A DNA stretch of 64,000 nt from Euglena gracilis (taxonomy: Eukaryota): NCBI GenBank assembly GCA_039621445.1, contig CP154954.1:2542001-2606000 (forward strand). Direction: 5' to 3'. Each line of letters opens with the position of its first letter. The first letter of the stretch is position 1. Of this stretch, positions 58,496 to 64,000 are shown piece by piece. Position numbers and translations under genes: made by a program. The notes under the pieces were generated by a model. The model was not told the DNA's origin, searched no databases, and saw only the letters and a list, made by a program, of their open reading frames with translations.

Positions 58496-60666
58496 GGTCG
58501 AGGACGGGTGGTCGCTACTGTCGCATCAGAGGGAGGGTTGCCAGGTGGGGTCTTTCGGCGCTTTTCCCCGCAAATAATAGCCCCTCCGGTTTAAAAATCC
58601 CCCAAATGACCCGGCGGGGGTTATTGGAACCAACTTTTGGCCCTCCCCCCCCCCCGCCAGGTTATTTGGGCCCCTTTTTCAGTGTCGCAAAGGAATTTTG
58701 CCTAAAAAAGGAGGTGCCAGGTTTCTGGAACCATCTTTTTTGCCCCTCCCCCCGCCGAGGTATTCGGCCACTGCCAGGAGCAGGTCCCCCGCCGGGTTAT
58801 TTTGGGGGGGGGGGGTTATTCCTCAGCAGTTGAAGTTGGAGTCCAGGGGGGTACTGTTTGACAGTATATGTTTATGTGGGCGAACGATTTCAGAGTGAAA
58901 ATCGACCCAAAGTGCCTTAAAGCCATTTTTTTTGCATATTGGGGCTTTTTTTTGCACACTGGATGCTCTTCTCGATGTATTTTCTGCGCTATTTTCATCC
59001 ATTTTTGTGATTTTTGCAACATTTCTGCTGATTTTTCCAATCTGTTTTGTTTGTCTTCACAATTGTCGGAGGGGGTGTTATTTCAGGGGTTTTTTTCCTC
59101 TTTCCCACTGTTTCTTGTTGATGGGTGGCAAATTGCTCAGCAACAAGGTACTCTGCAAAATAAGTTGACACGCTCCTCCCTCGTCCTTTTTGCTAGCTAA
59201 TTTTGTCAACTTTTCCCTCCAGAATCTTCAAGTTTCCCTCATCCTTCTAACAGAAGTATTTTTTCTCAAATGAAAAGAGGGGGGGAATGGACAGGAATCA
59301 CACATATGTGTGAAATAAATTTTTTCATTCATTTTTAAATTATGGATTGTTTTCTGAATTTCTCTTGATTGGGGTTGAAACGGTTGTGCTTTTTAGACCT
59401 CCCAGAAACCACATTGTTGTAATGGTTGAAATTAGACCCCAAGGAGTCACGTTTGTTGTTGCTGCTGCTTTTTTTTTGTTGCTGTCGTCATCGTTGTTGT
59501 TGCTGATGCTGTTTGTTGTTGTTGTTGTTGTTGTTGCGCTCTTATAACTGATCGAATTGTGTTCGCACTCGCTGATATGTGTGGAAACAATCTCCCAAAG
59601 ATGTGTAGGTTCTTTAGAAGTCACGGCAGCAATTCTCTCTGCAAAATATGACAGGGATTCTCTCTCTGGGTAATTTTAAATTTTCTCAATTTCCATGTTC
59701 TTTACTTATTTTATAATTTTACATACTTTTTGTGTATTTGTCTATTTTATATTTTTGCATTGTATGTGTGTGTATATATACATATAGTACATAATTTTAC
59801 CATATTTGCTATCAAATCAGTTTCTCTAGAGCTCATATTCGAATTCAGGAAATACAATCCAAGGAAAATGAAGCAAATTCCCGAAACACATGTCTCGACA
59901 AACTGGTGAAAAAAAGGAATGATTAGTTTTTGCTTCAAAAAAGGCAAAACTCAGATTTAAAAGAAGAAAAGGTAGCCAGAGGATGGCACAGGTGCCAACC
60001 AGTCAGTTTTTCAAGCACTGGCCGACCCCCCCCCCCAGGGGGTGACCGGTTTTTTCAGAGTGACTGACTGGTTTTTGGCCTGGACCCCCTCCCCCCCCCC
60101 GGGGGGGGGGGAGTCGGCCGGGAGTGGACAAAAGTGGCTTGAGTGACCCCGGCGCCGAAGGCGCCGGGAAATTTTTTTTCGGCCTAAAATGGCCTAAAGT
60201 GACTGGAAAGTGGCCGTTTTTTTGAGTGGCCGACCCGGGGGGGGGGGGGGTAGTGACTGGCTGGTTTTCCGAAAATGAGTGACTGACTGGTTTTTAAAAA
60301 AGTGGAGTGACCCCCCTCCCCCCCTGGGGGTCGGTAAAAAAAATTGCATGGTGCCAACCTCCAGTTGGGAAAAGGCTCAAACCAGCATTTGCAGAGCATA
60401 ATGGCCTCCCGGAAAATGAGATTATTTTATTTTTTCATTCATAATTATTTCATTTTTTTTAATTTTGTTATTTTCCCGCCCCCCCCCCCTGTCGTACGAC
60501 CACCCCTCATTTACGACCACCCCCCAGTCACAGGTTGCAGGTCATGGGGGTGTTATGACCCCCCCCCGGTCACAGGTTGCAGATTGCGAAAAATTTAACA
60601 CCACTTTACTTACGACCGCCCCCTCATTTATGACCACCCCCCGGTCACAGGTTGCAGGAACCCGGT

Positions 60667-60831
60667 CGTACAACAAGGGGGGGGGGCGGGTAATGTTTTT
60701 ATGCATTATTTCTCTTTTTTTTGTATTTTTCTTCCTTTGCAGATTCAGCGTACAACAAGGGGGGGGGGCGGGTAATGTTTTTATGCATTATTTCTCTTTT
60801 TTTTGTATTTTTCTTCCTTTGCAGATTCAGC
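60667..60831. repeat. ~82-bp tandem duplication
   Basis: CGTACAACAAGGGG...TTTGCAGATTCAG occurs twice. Confidence 0.85.
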
Positions 60832-62499
60832 TTTAGTTGCATGGGAAAGGACCGCAGTCCAGGTCTCTACTTGACAACCAGGACCGGAACCTCCAGTGCC
60901 GATCCAACAGGTTGGTGGTCAGCCACCTGGCCCGTTCAGGAAGGAAGTTCATGGAAATGGAGTTCCACGGCTTGCTGCGGGAGCCAGCCTTCTCTTCAAG
61001 CAAGGCCGCCCTCCCCCCAAGCAAGCATGGGCAGCATATGGAATCCAGTTGTGCAACCCAAATCCTACAGGAAACCAATGTGGAATTGCGGCAATGAGGA
61101 TAAGGTGCTTCTAAACAGAGATTTTTTTGAGTTTGGGGACTGGAGGGGTGAGTGGGTGGGCAACGCCACCCCCCTCCCGAGGGGGCCCTTCCCCCCTCGG
61201 GGGGGGGGGGGCCCCCCCCGAGGAGGGGGCCAAGGGGCCGGGTTTCTGCTTTTTTTTTCAGCCTGAAGAGCCGGAGAAAAATTCTGGACCCAGGTTTAAC
61301 CCCCAAGATCCAAGGTTGGGTCCTTCCGAGCCCGCCACCACTCCCACACACAGGTTTTCTGAGATTTCATTGCAGCCCTGGGGGCCCCGGAGAGACCACT
61401 CGGGGGGTGGGTGGGTGGGTGAGTCCGGACCCCCCGGGTCCTTAACAATTCTTCTACTGCAATGGTCTGTGGTTGATTCCCTTTTCCTAATTTGGCTTGC
61501 GTGTTCTTGTTTTGTCAGAAATTTCCCCATGATTTCGACCCCAAATGGCTCTTCTGGGGTCAGACATTTGGGGAGGGGGATGTTTTTGTCCTCAGGTGCT
61601 TTTGGAACCAAAAAAGGCCACTTTGACACATACAGACAAATGGATATGCTTACATATGTATGACCCCCCCTAATATGGGAAGCTCCGCAGACATGAGGTA
61701 AGTGGCAGGGGGGTCCTCCCCACCCCACCCCCTAGGGGGTAAAGTGGTAGGGGGGGGGGGTCGCTGAGCTCTTATCCCTTTATGGGTAAGAGCGAAGCTT
61801 ACCCCTGGGGGAAAACCCCCCCCGAACCCCCCCCCCTCCCCCCCCCCCCTCGGGGCCACCTCGGGAACCGGCGGATTATCACCATGATCCCGGCCCCGTT
61901 CCCGAAATTTTTTTTTTCAGTCACGAGCGACTGGATTCCTAGTTTCCGAATCACCTGGGTTTGACCCCCAACTCCCCGCCAGGCCCGAGTTATTCACGCG
62001 CGAAGGGGTCCAAACTGGGTAGGATTCGCCAACCCCCCCTGGATAAGCCCCCCCCCCTTTGGACGGCCAAAAAATGTCAATTTTCAAAATATCTCCAAAA
62101 TGAAGCCAAACCAAAGGAAATGTCCGGAGACCTAATTTGAAGCCCTTGGAACGCCCTATCTACCGGTATTTTGATTTCCCCGCAACTCCCCGCCTAGCCC
62201 GAGATACGGCCGTTTTCGGCGCAGACGGCCGTTTTGTACACTTTTCCCTCTGTTCGACTTAGCCGTTTTCGGGGGGTGGGGGGTCAAAAAATCGATGTTT
62301 TCAAAATTTCTCGAAAATGATGCAAAATCAAAGGAAATGTCCAGAGACCTAAATTGAAGCCCTTGGAACGCTCTATGTACTGTGATTTTGGTTTCCCCGC
62401 AACTCACCGCCCAGCCCGAGATACGGCCGTTTTTTGGCCAATTTGGGCCATTTCAAGCCATTTTGTACACTTTTCCCTCTGTTCGACTTGGCCATTTTC

Positions 62500-63900
62500 G
62501 GCCAAAAAGTCGAAAAAAATCGAAAAAATTTTTTTCGCCCGAAACGATGTTTTTTGGCCTCCCGGACCCGGAAAAACCGTTTTCGAGCCGAAAACGAGCG
62601 TTTTTCGACCCGCCGGGGCCCCGTTTTGGGCCGCCGACCCATTGACTTTGGGTCAAAACCGGGTCAAAAAAGTCGAAAAAAATCGAAAAAATTTTTTTTG
62701 CCCCAAAAGATTTATTTTTGGCGTCCGGGACCCGGGAAAACTGTTTTTTGTGCCGAAAACGAGCGTTTTTCGACCCGCCGGCGCCCCGTTTTGGGCCGCC
62801 GACCCATTGACTTTGGGTCAAAACCGGGTCGAAAAAGTCGAAAAAAATCGAAAAAAAATTTTTTGCCCGAAACGATGTTTTTTGGCCTCCCAGACCCAGA
62901 AAAACTGTTTTTCAGCCGAAAACGAGCGTTTTTCGACCCACCAGCGCCCCGTTTTGGGCCGCCGACCCATTGACTTTGGGTCAAAACCGGGTCGAAAAAG
63001 TCGAAAAAAATCGAAAATTTTTTTTGCCCGAAACGATGTTTTTTGGCCTCCCAGACCCGGAAAACTGTTTTTGAGCCGAAAACGAGCGTTTTTCGACCCG
63101 CCAGCGCCCCGTTTTGGACCGCCGACCCATTGACTTTGGGTCAAAACCGGGTCGAAAAAGTCGAAAAAAATCGAAAAATTTTATTTTGCCCGAAACGATG
63201 TTTTTTGGCCTCCCGGTCCCGGAAAAACTGTTTTTGAGCCGAAAACAAGCGTTTTTCGACCCGCCAGGGCCCCGTTCTGGGCCGCCGACCCATTGACTTT
63301 GGGTCAAAACCGGGTCGAAAAAGTCGAAAAAAATCGAAAAATTTTATTTTGCCCGAAACGATGTTTTTTGGCCTCCCAGACCCGGAAAACTGTTTTTGAG
63401 CCGAAAACGAGCGTTTTTCGACCCGCCAGCGCCCCGTTTTGGACCGCCGACCCATTGACTTTGGGTCAAAACCGGGTCAAAAAAGTCGAAAAAAATCGAA
63501 AAATTTATTTTGCCCGAAACGATGTTTTTTGGCCTCCCGGTCCCGGAAAAACTGTTTTTGAGCCGAAAACAAGCGTTTTTCGACCCGCCAGCGCCCCGTT
63601 TTGGGCCGCCGACCCATTGACTTTGGGTCAAAACCGGGTCGAAAAAGTCGAAAAAAATCGAAAAATTTTATTTTTGCCCGAAACGATGTTTTTTGGCCTC
63701 CCAGACCTGGAAAAACTGTTTTTCAGCCGAAAACGAGCGTTTTTCGACCCGCCAGCGCCCCGTTTTGGGCCGCCGACCCCGTTGACTTTGGGTCAAAACC
63801 GGTCGAAAAAGTCGAAAAAAAATCGAAATTTTTTTTTTTTGCCCGAACATAAAATGTTTTTGGCCTCCCGGGACCCGTAAAAACTGTTTTCGAGCCTAAA
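62500..63900. repeat. Tandem satellite, ~160-165-bp unit, about 8 copies
   Basis: CCCATTGACTTTGGGTCAAAACCGGGTC recurs at ~62640, 62803, 62967, 63127, 63290, 63453, 63614, 63780. Confidence 0.95.
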
Positions 63901-64000
63901 TGACCTTTTTTGACGCCAACACCGGCGCCCTGTTTTCTGGCACCAACCCATGGATTTTTCAGGCAAAAGAGCTCCCATGGATTGGCGGTATGTATGGAGG

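Noticed and set aside
62354-63978. Repetitive ORFs in the satellite
   Set aside because: Frame-shifting tandem monomers with no coding signature.

Overview
Repeat-rich eukaryotic DNA, almost certainly euglenid: it carries the Euglena-type 26-nt spliced leader (ACTTTCTGAGTGTCTATTTTTTTTCG) and stem-forming non-canonical introns. The left 28 kb is a nest of five CRE/SLACS-like non-LTR retrotransposons (RT + restriction-like endonuclease), labelled D, E, A, B and C from left to right, interleaved with TIR elements/MITEs and a ~2.3-kb inversion. Three elements (D, A, B) start with the spliced leader fused directly to their 5' UTR. The elements encode virus-like polyproteins punctuated by 2A (StopGo) peptides. 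Element A reads ORF1-like region / 2A / tandem BED-like Zn fingers / 2A / N6-adenine-type DNA methyltransferase (DAFA...NPPF) plus a Cys-rich domain / T2A-like 2A / RT-RLE. Sister element B lacks the methyltransferase module. After undoing nested insertions, the divergent element C also shows a 2A followed by a methyltransferase start. A and B lie head-to-tail, with the same 8-bp sequence (GTTGAGCC) at all three junctions. The right 36 kb is mostly intron-like DNA with MITEs and microsatellites, short candidate exons, a TRIM-like RING/B-box gene in which one exon lies on the opposite strand, and a ~162-bp satellite apparently derived from a dispersed element. Many frameshifts sit in homopolymer runs and may be sequencing errors. 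All calls are by eye; no searches were run.
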